This document shows, piece after piece, positions 54,081 to 62,970 of a stretch of 64,000 nt of DNA (its first letter is position 1; each line of letters opens with the position of its first letter). A model generated the notes under the pieces. That model had not been told where the DNA came from. It did not search any database and saw only the letters and a list, made by a program, of their open reading frames with translations. The stretch comes from Anaerolineales bacterium. Lineage in GTDB: Bacteria; Chloroflexota; Anaerolineae; Anaerolineales; UBA4823. Both the position numbers and the translations under genes were made by a program. The stretch is from NCBI GenBank assembly GCA_020061105.1, contig JAGUYW010000031.1:931-64930 (forward strand). The letters run 5' to 3'.

Positions 54081-54113
54081 AAGCATCCATAAAAACAAAC
54101 TCGGAGAGATTTG

Positions 54114-54530
54114 ATGGGAACGATTACACTGCGTTGGATCGAGAAATATTTGATGATGTTGAATGACTCAAACGGTCATTCGATCGTGGTGGGGCGCTCG
54201 CCGGATGAGCAGTTCGAATGGTTAGGCGTCAAGCCATCGGATTTGCTTTTGATGGCGGTGGCTTCTTGTTCAGCGTATGATGTGGTGCAGATCCTGACAA
54301 AGCAGCGCGAACCTTTTACGGACTTCAAGGTAATTGTGCAAAGCGAACAAATGCCTGAACCGCCTTACACATTCACCCGAATCCATTCGAAATATATTTT
54401 GTATGGGGCGATCAACCCGGAAAAATTGGAACGAGCCATTCAACTTTCGGAGGAGATATACTGCTCGGTGATCAATACGTTAAAGCCAGGTGTTCCAATA
54501 AGCAGCGAATACGAAATTATCGAACCGTAA
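54114..54530 (+). CDS. OsmC/Ohr-family protein
   Basis: About 138 aa. PSDLLLMAVASCSAYDVVQIL and a second conserved Cys region (EEIYCSV) fit the OsmC fold. GGAGAG lies upstream. Confidence 0.7.
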   Translation: MGTITLRWIEKYLMMLNDSNGHSIVVGRSPDEQFEWLGVKPSDLLLMAVASCSAYDVVQILTKQREPFTDFKVIVQSEQMPEPPYTFTRIHSKYILYGAINPEKLERAIQLSEEIYCSVINTLKPGVPISSEYEIIEP

Positions 54531-54541
54531 GAACCTTTTTT

Positions 54542-55126
54542 ATGTCCGAAGTAGTGTTTTCTGATCGTTTGGACCGGGCGTTTGGATTGGCCCGACAGCT
54601 GCACCAGGCGCAGAGTCGCAAAGGTACTGCGACTCCATACCTGGCGCATTTACTGTCGGTTTGCGCATTAGTGATCGAAGATGGCGGTGATGAAGATCAA
54701 GCCATTGCTGCGTTGCTGCATGATGCGGTGGAGGATCAGGGCGGGTTGGAAACCCTGACGATTATCCGTCAGGAATTTGGAGAACGAGCAGCGATCATCG
54801 TCGAACATTGCAGCGATTCCTTCGAGACGCCCAAGCGACCCTGGCGGCAACGCAAAGAGCAATACCTGGCGCATTTGAAGGATGCCCCGCCGGAGGCGCT
54901 GCGAGTTTCCCTGGCGGATAAGCTGCATAACGCCCGCGCAATCTTAAATGATTTGCGCATGCAAGGAAGCCCTTTGTGGGGGCGGTTTAACGGAAAACGA
55001 GAAGGCACTTTGTGGTATTATCGTTCTTTGGTAACGGTATTTCGCCAGGTGGGGCGTTCGCCTATGGTAGAGGAACTGGCGAGAGTGGTGGCTGAGATCG
55101 AGAAAGTGGAAAAGAAGAACGCTTAG
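54542..55126 (+). CDS. HD-domain phosphohydrolase of the RelA/SpoT hydrolase type (small alarmone hydrolase-like)
   Basis: A..LARQLHQAQSRKGTATPYLAHLLSV and ALLHDAVEDQ match the HD_4 / (p)ppGpp hydrolase signature. 194 aa with no synthetase domain. Confidence 0.7.
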   Translation: MSEVVFSDRLDRAFGLARQLHQAQSRKGTATPYLAHLLSVCALVIEDGGDEDQAIAALLHDAVEDQGGLETLTIIRQEFGERAAIIVEHCSDSFETPKRPWRQRKEQYLAHLKDAPPEALRVSLADKLHNARAILNDLRMQGSPLWGRFNGKREGTLWYYRSLVTVFRQVGRSPMVEELARVVAEIEKVEKKNA

Positions 55127-55166
55127 AGAACGAAAAGGCGCAATAACCGACCAGGAGCCAAGACAG

Positions 55167-55754
55167 ATGACCATGGATGGATATGGTGCACCAGCTTTAA
55201 TTCCCCCGCTGGTCAAGCGCGCCTCCAACCTTGCAGAACAGATGGGGGTGCTGCCTTCTTGTAGCCCACAGGTTGGACGACTGTTGCAGTTGTTGACCAG
55301 CCAAATGCAAAGCGGGGTGATCGGCGAAGTGGGCACGGGTTGCGGAGTGGCTTCTGCATGGATTATCAGCGCCCTGGCAAGCGGTACTTCGTTCTTCAGC
55401 GTGGAGGGGGATGAATTACGAGCGGCAGCGGTACGGGCTTTGTTCGAGCCGTACCTGAATGTACGGATTATGCATGGCGATTGGCGAGAATTTATCAGCC
55501 ACTGGCGATTTGGTTTGTTATATATCGGAGCGAACAGCGGCAGAGATGCAGAGCCCGACCTTCTGCTAAAGGCGCTACGGGTGGGTGGTATGATCGTTTT
55601 AGATGGGCTGACGCCGATGCATAAAACCCCACTCGAAATGCGCTATAAGGCGGATGCGCTGCGGGATTTCTGGTTGAACGACACCCGCTTAATCTCGACC
55701 GAAATTATGGTTTCGGTGGACGAGTCGGTAATCCTGGCGACATTACAGGGTTGA
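55167..55754 (+). CDS. Class I SAM-dependent (O-)methyltransferase
   Basis: The SAM motif I is IGEVGTGCGVASAWI. An acidic motif II (FFSVEGDE) and VLDG are also present. 195 aa. Confidence 0.65.
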   Translation: MTMDGYGAPALIPPLVKRASNLAEQMGVLPSCSPQVGRLLQLLTSQMQSGVIGEVGTGCGVASAWIISALASGTSFFSVEGDELRAAAVRALFEPYLNVRIMHGDWREFISHWRFGLLYIGANSGRDAEPDLLLKALRVGGMIVLDGLTPMHKTPLEMRYKADALRDFWLNDTRLISTEIMVSVDESVILATLQG

Positions 55755-55764
55755 GGCCGGCTAA

Positions 55765-56745
55765 CTATTCCTTGTTAAATTTTTCAAAATCAGTTGGCGT
55801 TCCCAGGTTCAGGCAGGTTGCCTGAGCATCGATGCGCTTAAGCAAGCCACACAAGACATCGCCGCTGCCGATCTCGAAGAAGGTGGTAACGCCACGCGCG
55901 ATGATTTCCTGGATTGACTCAGTCCAGCGGACGCGGGAAGTGAGCTGGGCTTGCAAGTCGGCGCGCACTTCGGCAGCGGTGGTAAGCGGCAGGGCGCTGA
56001 CATTGCCAACCAGGGGGATGTGAGGGTCGCGGATTGGCGCATCGGCGACGGCTTTGTTGAACTCAGCCTGCGCAGAAGCCATCAATGGCGAATGGGCGGC
56101 GATGCTGACCGCCAAGCGGCGCATACGGCGCACGCCCATTTGAGAAGCAGTTTCGATGGCTCGCTCCAGGGCTGGGGCGGCGCCAGAGATGACTACCTGG
56201 CCGGGGCAGTTGTCGTTGGCGACCTGGACGATTTCACCCGGTGTGCTGGCTTCGGCACAGATGCGTTCGAGGGTGGGGATATCAGCGCCGAGGGCTGCCG
56301 CCATGCCGCCCGGTGAAACGACCCCGGCCTGCTTCATCAGTTCGCCGCGCCGCCGGGCCAGCCGCAAAGCATGTTCAAAGGGTAAAGCGCCACTAGCCAG
56401 CAAAGCGCTCAATTGGCCCATCGAATGACCGGCTACAAAAACAGCCTGGATTTCGGGATGTAGTTTGTGCAGGACAGCCAGGGTGGCTGCCGAGTGGGTC
56501 AGCAGTGCCGGTTGGGTGTTGACTGTGTCGTTTAATTGATCTTCTGGACCTTCCCAAGCCAGGCGCGCCAGGTCGAAATCCAGGATCTGGTTGGCTTGTT
56601 CAAAGACTTGCCGTGCGAAAGGGTAGGCTTTCGCCAGCTCAAAGCCCATGCCAACGGCCTGGGAACCCTGTCCGGGAAAAATAAAAGCGGCGCTGGGAAT
56701 ATTCAATGTGACCTCGCTAAAACGCAAACGGGCCGTGGAGTACAC
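55765..56745 (-). CDS. fabD: ACP S-malonyltransferase
   Basis: AFIFPGQGSQAVGMG, the active-site GHSMGQLSALLASG, NCPGQVVISG and VSIAAHSPLM are present. The true start is possibly a downstream TTG (…LNIPSAAFIF). Confidence 0.9.
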   Translation of the reverse strand: MYSTARLRFSEVTLNIPSAAFIFPGQGSQAVGMGFELAKAYPFARQVFEQANQILDFDLARLAWEGPEDQLNDTVNTQPALLTHSAATLAVLHKLHPEIQAVFVAGHSMGQLSALLASGALPFEHALRLARRRGELMKQAGVVSPGGMAAALGADIPTLERICAEASTPGEIVQVANDNCPGQVVISGAAPALERAIETASQMGVRRMRRLAVSIAAHSPLMASAQAEFNKAVADAPIRDPHIPLVGNVSALPLTTAAEVRADLQAQLTSRVRWTESIQEIIARGVTTFFEIGSGDVLCGLLKRIDAQATCLNLGTPTDFEKFNKE

Positions 56746-56757
56746 GGCCCGGCGGCG

Positions 56758-56949
56758 TTATTTTTTCTTCTCTTCAACGCTGATCACTTCGCGTCCTTTG
56801 TAGTGGCCGCATTTTGGGCAAACAGTGTGCGGCAGGCGCATCTCGCCGCAGTTGCTGCATTGCACCAGGCTGGTGGCGGTCAAGCCGTCATGGGCGCGGC
56901 GGCGATCGCGGCGGCCTTTAGAGAGTTTGCGCTTTGGTTGTGGGGGCAT
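56758..56949 (-). CDS. rpmF: 50S ribosomal protein L32
   Basis: MPPQPKRKLSKGRRDRRRAH... with the zinc ribbon CSNCGE...CPKCG. 63 aa. Confidence 0.92.
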   Translation of the reverse strand: MPPQPKRKLSKGRRDRRRAHDGLTATSLVQCSNCGEMRLPHTVCPKCGHYKGREVISVEEKKK

Positions 56950-57013
56950 GGTCTTACTCCTATCTATAATAATTCATGGCGGCTTGCGCCAGATTGATCA
57001 AAGCCAAAGTAAT

Positions 57014-57032
57014 GCCTGCCTTGTCGGCAGGC
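57014..57032 (-). terminator. Short hairpin GCCTGCC-ttgtc-GGCAGGC between the membrane protein gene and rpmF
   Basis: A 7-bp stem read from the DNA. On the minus strand it is followed by AUUACUUUGGCUU, which is only moderately U-rich. Confidence 0.3.
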
Positions 57033-57083
57033 TAAAGGATTATACGTAAGGGCAGGGGTTCTGTCAAGGTATGGACGAAGATT

Positions 57084-59690
57084 TCACTCCAGAGAGACGC
57101 GTTCCAGCACCCATGCGCCACGTTCTTGATAGAGAATATGAAACAGCCCGCTTTCCTGTAGCAACCTGGCAGAAAAGATTCCGCCGCGCCGGCCAATATA
57201 CAGGAAACGAATATCGATCTCTTCCAGGTAAGCATGCAATTCGGACGGGTTGCTGGCGAGTTCGCTGGCCCGGCGGGATTGCTCGATGGCGCGTTGCGCA
57301 GCCTGGGGATTGCCGCCCATGCCAATCAGTACAGGAGGCGGCAGGGTGGCGCGCCTGGCTAATGGGGCGATCCAGTAGCCGCCATCGGTGCCGGCGTAAA
57401 TTCCATATCCCCACAGGAAAGGATTGATGAGGATGGTCTCTCCGGCGGGAATGTTTTGGGCAATCCACTCGATGGCAGGCAGGTCGTCCTGGCGAGCGAG
57501 CATGGTGACGGGGTTGAGCAGGGTAACCAGGTGGCGAGCGCCAAGCAGGCCAGCCCACAAGGCTGCAAGCACCCAGGCGGAAAGGTAGAGAGAGCGAAGT
57601 AATTTACTTTGCTTGAGACGTTCCAGTCGCAGGCGCGCCAGCACCTGGCCAGGAAATGAAGCCAGGCATGCCAGGGCAAAGCCGCCCAGGGCGGAAAGCG
57701 GCATAAATAGACCGATGACCACGGAAGTGTTATTAATGAAATTGCCGCCGGGCAAGCCCAGGGCAGCCAGGTTGGCGATTAAAAACATCAACCCGACCCA
57801 CAGGCTGGCGTTCAGGGCAAACTGCCAGCGCAAAACCATGCTGAAGAGCAATCCCAGTCCAGCCAGGCGCAATACCCACTCGCCCATGGCTGGGGTCAGG
57901 TAATTCCAGGAGAAATCGGCGAACATCGGAGGGCGGTTGGCGATCAGGTTGACGCTGCGGCTTGCAAAAGGCACGATCAAGTTTTGCAGGGCGGCAGGCC
58001 ACCAGGGCAGGCTGAGCAGGATGGAGAGCACGCCGATTGCAACCAACCAGAGCAGGCCACGGCGCAGGTTGGCGAGACGGTCTTTCCGCAATGTGTTTTG
58101 AAGGTTGTAAACCAGGAGGTTGGCTCCCAGGAGCAACAGCAAGAAAGCCAGCACCCGGTAATGGACTAGAGCCAGGCCTGCCAGGCTGAAAGCGCCGAGA
58201 AAGAGCAGGCGCACGGGCAGAGATGGTTTTTGAGCAGCGTTCCTGGCGTATGCCAGCACAGCCAGCAGCAGAGCCAGGCAGACAGGCAGCAGCAATAAAC
58301 CAGCTAACTGGGTGTAGCGCCCCCAACTGGCGTAATAAGCCGGCATGGGGCTGAAAAGACCGGCCAATAAAGCAGCGAACAGTCCTGCAAGGCGGTTGCC
58401 GAGTGAGAGGGTTGTGAACAGATAGACGGCGAAGACCATCAAGGCGTTCAAGACTTGCCCGAAGAGAAGCATGGCGCTGTGGAGCGGTAAACCGGAAAGC
58501 CAGGTGAAGACCGCCAGGGAGATGTGATAACCATGATGGTAGGATGCAGAGACGCTTTCCAATAGAGGCTGGTAGGTTTGCGGCAAGGCGCCTTGATCGA
58601 GAATCAGGCGTGTGACCAGGGCGTGGTGGACAGCGTCTACCCAGGCGGGGGCAGCCATGTCGCGCACCATCACCATGCGAACGGCGAAAGAGGCAAGAAA
58701 AACGGCCATGAGCGCCAGGCTGATCCAATCGAACGCGGGAAGGTGGAGAGCCCTGGCAGGTGGGGAGGCGGGCAGATTCTCGTTATTTTGTCTTAAGCGG
58801 CGCAGCCAGTTGAGCAGGCCGTGGATCGACCCCGAACGCCAGGCGAAGAGCGCCAGCAAGGCGATGGTCAACAGCCAAAGCGCGACTGGATTCCATCGCA
58901 GCCCGACAGCGCTGCTCCACAGCAACACAAGCGCCCAAAAAGCCAGGCTGAGGCCAGCAGAGAGGGCGATGCGTTCACCCCAATCGAAGCGCGGCATGGC
59001 GTGATCACGGTCAACCAAGAGAAGGAGCAAACGCCCTGGCAACCATAAAGTGAGCAGCAGCGGCAGGATCAGCCAGGCTGAATGCAGGCCAAGCCAGAAA
59101 TCTTCCAGCAGAGCTTTTGCGCCATACTCGTAGGTCAGGCGAAAACTCAGGTCGCTGGCGGTGGGGCGCTGGTTCAGACGCAATGCGCCATCGGGATACA
59201 AGTCTTCGTTGCGCCCGAGAACCTGCAAAGCGCCGTCCGAGGTGGTCAGGCGCAGGCGATACTGCTGGGCAGCGGGGTGGTCAAGAGCGGGAAAATTCCA
59301 GGTGATAGGAAATTGAGCGACCAGGTCTTTGTGGGTCAGGCTGCGCGTCAGTATTGGCAGGGATGATTCGAGGCTGGCAAACAGCTCGAGAGTCAAGACT
59401 GCTTCAGGGACAAGGTCGCCGTGTGGTTGTAACCAGATTTGCAGGCTGTTCAGGCGCGCCCGGCGGGAGAGAAAGGTTTGCTCAACCGGCTGGGCAGGGG
59501 TGAGGGTGGCGACGGTTTCATCCCGCTGCTCCTGGGCGGCCTCATAGTCGATCATGGTGACGCCCTGGAATGGCGCAGTGAAGGAATTCAAAATGGCGCG
59601 GCTTGCCGGCGCTGTACAACCGCTGACCAACAGGCCTGAAAGCGCCAGAAGCGCCAACCAGAAGGTTCTATTCCTACGGCGCTTTGCCAT
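57084..59690 (-). CDS. Giant polytopic membrane protein (GT-C-like), with lipoprotein-type signal and extracytoplasmic N- and C-terminal domains
   Basis: [25 protein letters not shown] carries a lipobox. A ~190-aa soluble domain precedes about 15 TM helices. The C-terminal domain (AIEWIAQNIPAGETILINP...) is similar in pattern to the C-terminus of the 9051 protein. Confidence 0.5.
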   Translation of the reverse strand: MAKRRRNRTFWLALLALSGLLVSGCTAPASRAILNSFTAPFQGVTMIDYEAAQEQRDETVATLTPAQPVEQTFLSRRARLNSLQIWLQPHGDLVPEAVLTLELFASLESSLPILTRSLTHKDLVAQFPITWNFPALDHPAAQQYRLRLTTSDGALQVLGRNEDLYPDGALRLNQRPTASDLSFRLTYEYGAKALLEDFWLGLHSAWLILPLLLTLWLPGRLLLLLVDRDHAMPRFDWGERIALSAGLSLAFWALVLLWSSAVGLRWNPVALWLLTIALLALFAWRSGSIHGLLNWLRRLRQNNENLPASPPARALHLPAFDWISLALMAVFLASFAVRMVMVRDMAAPAWVDAVHHALVTRLILDQGALPQTYQPLLESVSASYHHGYHISLAVFTWLSGLPLHSAMLLFGQVLNALMVFAVYLFTTLSLGNRLAGLFAALLAGLFSPMPAYYASWGRYTQLAGLLLLPVCLALLLAVLAYARNAAQKPSLPVRLLFLGAFSLAGLALVHYRVLAFLLLLLGANLLVYNLQNTLRKDRLANLRRGLLWLVAIGVLSILLSLPWWPAALQNLIVPFASRSVNLIANRPPMFADFSWNYLTPAMGEWVLRLAGLGLLFSMVLRWQFALNASLWVGLMFLIANLAALGLPGGNFINNTSVVIGLFMPLSALGGFALACLASFPGQVLARLRLERLKQSKLLRSLYLSAWVLAALWAGLLGARHLVTLLNPVTMLARQDDLPAIEWIAQNIPAGETILINPFLWGYGIYAGTDGGYWIAPLARRATLPPPVLIGMGGNPQAAQRAIEQSRRASELASNPSELHAYLEEIDIRFLYIGRRGGIFSARLLQESGLFHILYQERGAWVLERVSLE

Positions 59691-60772
59691 TGCCCATGCT
59701 GTGACGCAGGTAGGCTTCGATCAGGCTGTCCAGGTTGCCGTTCAACACAGACAGGGCGTTGCCGACCTCGAAATCGTTGCGATGATCTTTCACCATCTGG
59801 TAGGGGTGCAGCACATAGGAGCGGATTTGCGAGCCCCATTCGGCCTTGGTATATTCACCGCGCAAGATTGCCAGTTGCTCTTCTTGCTCTTCTTGCTTGA
59901 TTTCCAATAAGCGGGCGCGCAGCACGCGCATGGCGTTTTCGCGATTTTGCATCTGGGAGCGTTCGTTCTGGCAGGTGACCACGATGCCGGTGGGCAGGTG
60001 GGTGATGCGGACGGCGGTATCGTTCTTTTGCACGTTTTGACCACCCGCGCCAGCCGAACGATACGTATCGATGCGCAAATCGCTGGAGTTGATCTCAACT
60101 TCGGCAGCGTCTTCCACCTGGGGCAGCACTTCCACCAGCGCGAAGGATGTATGGCGGCGGTGGGCGGCGTCATAGGGCGACAGGCGCACCAGGCGATGGA
60201 CGCCCTTCTCGGAGCGCAGATAGCCGTAAGCATAGGGACCATTGACGGCGATGGTGATGCTCTTGATGCCGGCTTCTTCGCCTTCGGTCAGGTCGAGGAT
60301 TTCGGTTTCGAAGCCGCGCAATTCGCACCAGCGCAGGTACATGCGCTGCAGCATCTCGGCCCAGTCCTGCGAATCGGTGCCGCCGGCGCCAGCGTGGATC
60401 GCCAGCAGGGCGTCGCCGCGGTCATATGGGCCAGAGAGCATGGCGCTGAATTCACGGCGGCCAATTTCGGCTTCCAGGGCTTTGATCTCTGTTTCTAACT
60501 CAGCGTGCAGGCTCTCGTCTTCCATTTGCGCCAATTCCAGCCCGTCGTTGACGCGCTGGTTCAGGCTGCGCCAGCTTTCCACCTCGTCTCGCAGGGCGGA
60601 GAGTTTTTTCATTACCTGGCGGGCTTGATTGGGGTCGTCCCAAAAGTCTGGCGCTTCGGATTGTTTTTGTAGTTCGTTCAGTTGGATTTCCTGGCTGGCC
60701 AGGTCAAAGACGCTCCAGAAAGTGTTGGACTTGGTTCTGGCAGGTTTCTAAGCGATCGATCAGGTCTTGCAT
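59674..60772 (-). CDS. prfB: Peptide chain release factor 2, requiring programmed +1 ribosomal frameshift
   Basis: Frame 0 runs from ATG 60772 for 22 codons ([22 protein letters not shown]) to CTT TGA C at 60709-60703. The +1 frame from GAC 60705 reads [13 protein letters not shown]...FWDDPNQA... and joins the track ORF 59674-60612. That ORF contains [14 protein letters not shown] and the GGQ motif. Joined length is 365 aa. Confidence 0.9.
60703..60716 (-). other. RF2 autoregulatory +1 frameshift site (GGAG cgt CTT TGA C)
   Basis: The minus-strand sequence is CTGGAGCGTCTTTGAC. It has an internal SD-like GGAG 3 nt upstream of the slippery CTT, followed by an in-frame TGA with 3' C. This arrangement matches the well-known bacterial prfB site. 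Confidence 0.85.
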
Positions 60773-60802
60773 GAGGTGCTCCAAAATAGATAGTTGTTTT
60801 GG

Positions 60803-61711
60803 CTATTCGGCCAGGATGCCGTCGATGAAGGCGTCGGGGTCGAAGGGCTCCAGGTCGTCGGACTTTTCACCCAGGCCGGCGAAGAGGATCGGCAGTTCCA
60901 GTTCGCGTTGGATGGCGAAGGCCATGCCGCCGCGGGCGGAGGAGTCGAGCTTGGCGAGGATGACGCCGGTTACTTTGACGGCTTCTTTGAAGGCGCGAGC
61001 CTGCTGCAGGGCGTTTTGGCCGGTGGTGGCGTCCATCACCAGCCAAACGTGATGCGGCGCGCCGGGCATGGCTTTGCCCACGACGCGATGGACTTTCTTG
61101 AGTTCTTCCATCAGGTTGAAGCGAGTGTGCAGGCGTCCGGCGGTGTCGATGATCGCCAGGTCAGCATTGCGGGACTGGGCGGCTTTGACGGTGTCGTAAG
61201 CCACTGCGCCAGCGTCGCCGCCCATCTGCCCAGAAATGATCGGCAGGTTGAGGCGTTCCGCCCAGATTTCGAGCTGGTCGACGGCCGCAGCGCGGTAGGT
61301 GTCGGCGGCGCCGAGCAGCACGTGTTTGCCCTGTTCGGCGAAGCGCTTTCCGAGCTTGGCGATGCTGGTGGTTTTGCCCGAGCCATTCACGCCGACTATG
61401 AGGATGACGGTGGGCTGTTCGGGAAAGTCGATTTCAGCAGGGGTGGAGAGCTGGCGGCGCAGTTCTTCGCGCAAGGCGGTTTTGAGCTCGTGGGCTTTGA
61501 TCAGGCCTTCGCTGTCGACGCGTTGTTCGAGGGCGTTGAGCACCACGTCGCAGGTGTCCATGCCCAGGTCAGCCTGGATCAGCAAGGCTTCGAGATCATC
61601 CCAGGTTTCGGGGGTGATATCGGTAGCGCCGAGCAGGGTGGCGATTTGCCCGAAGGCGGCTTTGCTGGTCTTCGAGAGACCGTCTTTCCATTTGCTGAAG
61701 ATGTTTGCCAT
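60803..61711 (-). CDS. ftsY: Signal recognition particle receptor FtsY
   Basis: The N-terminus is [15 protein letters not shown]. The NG domain carries [35 protein letters not shown] and [10 protein letters not shown]. Confidence 0.92.
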   Translation of the reverse strand: MANIFSKWKDGLSKTSKAAFGQIATLLGATDITPETWDDLEALLIQADLGMDTCDVVLNALEQRVDSEGLIKAHELKTALREELRRQLSTPAEIDFPEQPTVILIVGVNGSGKTTSIAKLGKRFAEQGKHVLLGAADTYRAAAVDQLEIWAERLNLPIISGQMGGDAGAVAYDTVKAAQSRNADLAIIDTAGRLHTRFNLMEELKKVHRVVGKAMPGAPHHVWLVMDATTGQNALQQARAFKEAVKVTGVILAKLDSSARGGMAFAIQRELELPILFAGLGEKSDDLEPFDPDAFIDGILAE

Positions 61712-61772
61712 ACTGGGTTTCCTGACGGGCGCTATTATAACAGATTAGTCATTGGATAGTATAATCAGGCGC

Positions 61773-62255
61773 ATGGCTGAAAAAACTTTATCTCATATCG
61801 ATGAGTCCGGCAGGGCGCACATGGTGGATGTCGGCGGCAAGCCGGATAGCGAGCGCACGGCGATTGCCAGGGGGGAGGTGCGCATGCAACCGCACACGCT
61901 GGCGTTGATCCGAGAGGGGGCGATGAAGAAGGGCGATGTGCTGACAACGGCGCAACTGGCGGGTATTATGGCGGCGAAACGTACGGCGGAGTTGATCCCG
62001 CTGTGCCATCCATTGGCGCTGACCCAGGTGGAGGTTGACCTGGAATTGGACGACAATTTACCTGGGGTGCTGATAACGGCGACAGCGCGCACGATCGGGA
62101 AGACGGGGGTGGAGATGGAAGCATTGACAGCGGTTTCGGTGGCAGCGCTGACGATTTACGATATGGCCAAGGCGGTCGAAAAGACGATGACGATTGACAA
62201 TATCCGCCTGGTTGAGAAGCGCGGCGGGCGCAGCGGGTTGGTGGTGAATGCATGA
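61773..62255 (+). CDS. moaC: Cyclic pyranopterin monophosphate synthase MoaC
   Basis: [65 protein letters not shown] and GGRSG are present. ATG 61773 is preferred. Confidence 0.9.
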   Translation: MAEKTLSHIDESGRAHMVDVGGKPDSERTAIARGEVRMQPHTLALIREGAMKKGDVLTTAQLAGIMAAKRTAELIPLCHPLALTQVEVDLELDDNLPGVLITATARTIGKTGVEMEALTAVSVAALTIYDMAKAVEKTMTIDNIRLVEKRGGRSGLVVNA

Positions 62256-62970
62256 GGAGGAAAAGCGTTTGTTGGTAAAAGTTTTGTTTTTTGCGACGTT
62301 GAAAGAATATGCCGGAGTGCGGCAGGCTGAGGTGGAACTGGCGCCAGGGGCAACGATTGGCGATCTGAAGGCGCAACTGCAGCAGCAGTATCCGGGTTTG
62401 GAGCAGGCCATGGGAGTGACCCTGGCAGCCATCAACCGCCAATTTGCCTCGGACGAGGAGGTTATTCCGCAGCAGGCGGAGGTAGCGTTGTTTCCACCGG
62501 TCAGCGGGGGCTGTGCGTTGCCCGAAATCTATGCCATTACCGAAGAAGAACTGGACCTGGATGCCTTGCTGGAGAAAATTACGCTGGCTGCCAGTGGGGC
62601 GGCGTGTATCTTCACAGGGATGGTGCGCGGGGTGACCGAACGCGATGACCCGCACGAGACGGTTTACCTGGAGTACGAGGCCTACCAACCGATGGCGGAA
62701 GCCAAGATGCGCCAGGTGGCGCAGGAGATCCGCGCCCGCTGGCCGGCTGTGCAAGGGATTGCCATTGTGCAGCGCATTGGGCGGTTGTACCCGCGCACGC
62801 CGACGGTCTTGATTGCCTGCACGGCGGCGCACCGCGATACCGGCGTTTTCGAGGCAGCGCGCTATGGCATCGACCGCTTGAAAGAAATTGTACCGGTGTG
62901 GAAAAAAGAAGTCGGTCCGCAAGGGCAGCAGTGGGTAGAGGGAGACTACCAGCCCGGTCATGACGATTGA
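62248..62970 (+). CDS. moaDE: Fused molybdopterin synthase MoaD-MoaE
   Basis: The N-terminal ~85 aa are MoaD-like ([14 protein letters not shown]...ALFPPVSGG, with Gly-Gly encoded at 62506-62511). The C-terminal part is MoaE-like ([50 protein letters not shown]). The start is ambiguous (ATG 62248 or TTG 62269 after GAGGAGG). Confidence 0.85.
   Translation: MHEEEKRLLVKVLFFATLKEYAGVRQAEVELAPGATIGDLKAQLQQQYPGLEQAMGVTLAAINRQFASDEEVIPQQAEVALFPPVSGGCALPEIYAITEEELDLDALLEKITLAASGAACIFTGMVRGVTERDDPHETVYLEYEAYQPMAEAKMRQVAQEIRARWPAVQGIAIVQRIGRLYPRTPTVLIACTAAHRDTGVFEAARYGIDRLKEIVPVWKKEVGPQGQQWVEGDYQPGHDD

Noticed and set aside
60794-61759. Long antisense ORFs such as 60794-61759(+), 61966-62985(-), 57733-58728(-), 40544-41260(-), 16538-17092(-), 13366-13998(-), 11520-12074(-) and 25125-25796(-).
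   Set aside because: Each lies entirely opposite a gene with strong family motifs (ftsY, moaDE, membrane protein, aroKB, DUF58 and so on). Their products are Arg/Pro/Gly/Ala-rich low-complexity sequences with no motifs. This is typical shadow-ORF behaviour in GC-rich DNA.
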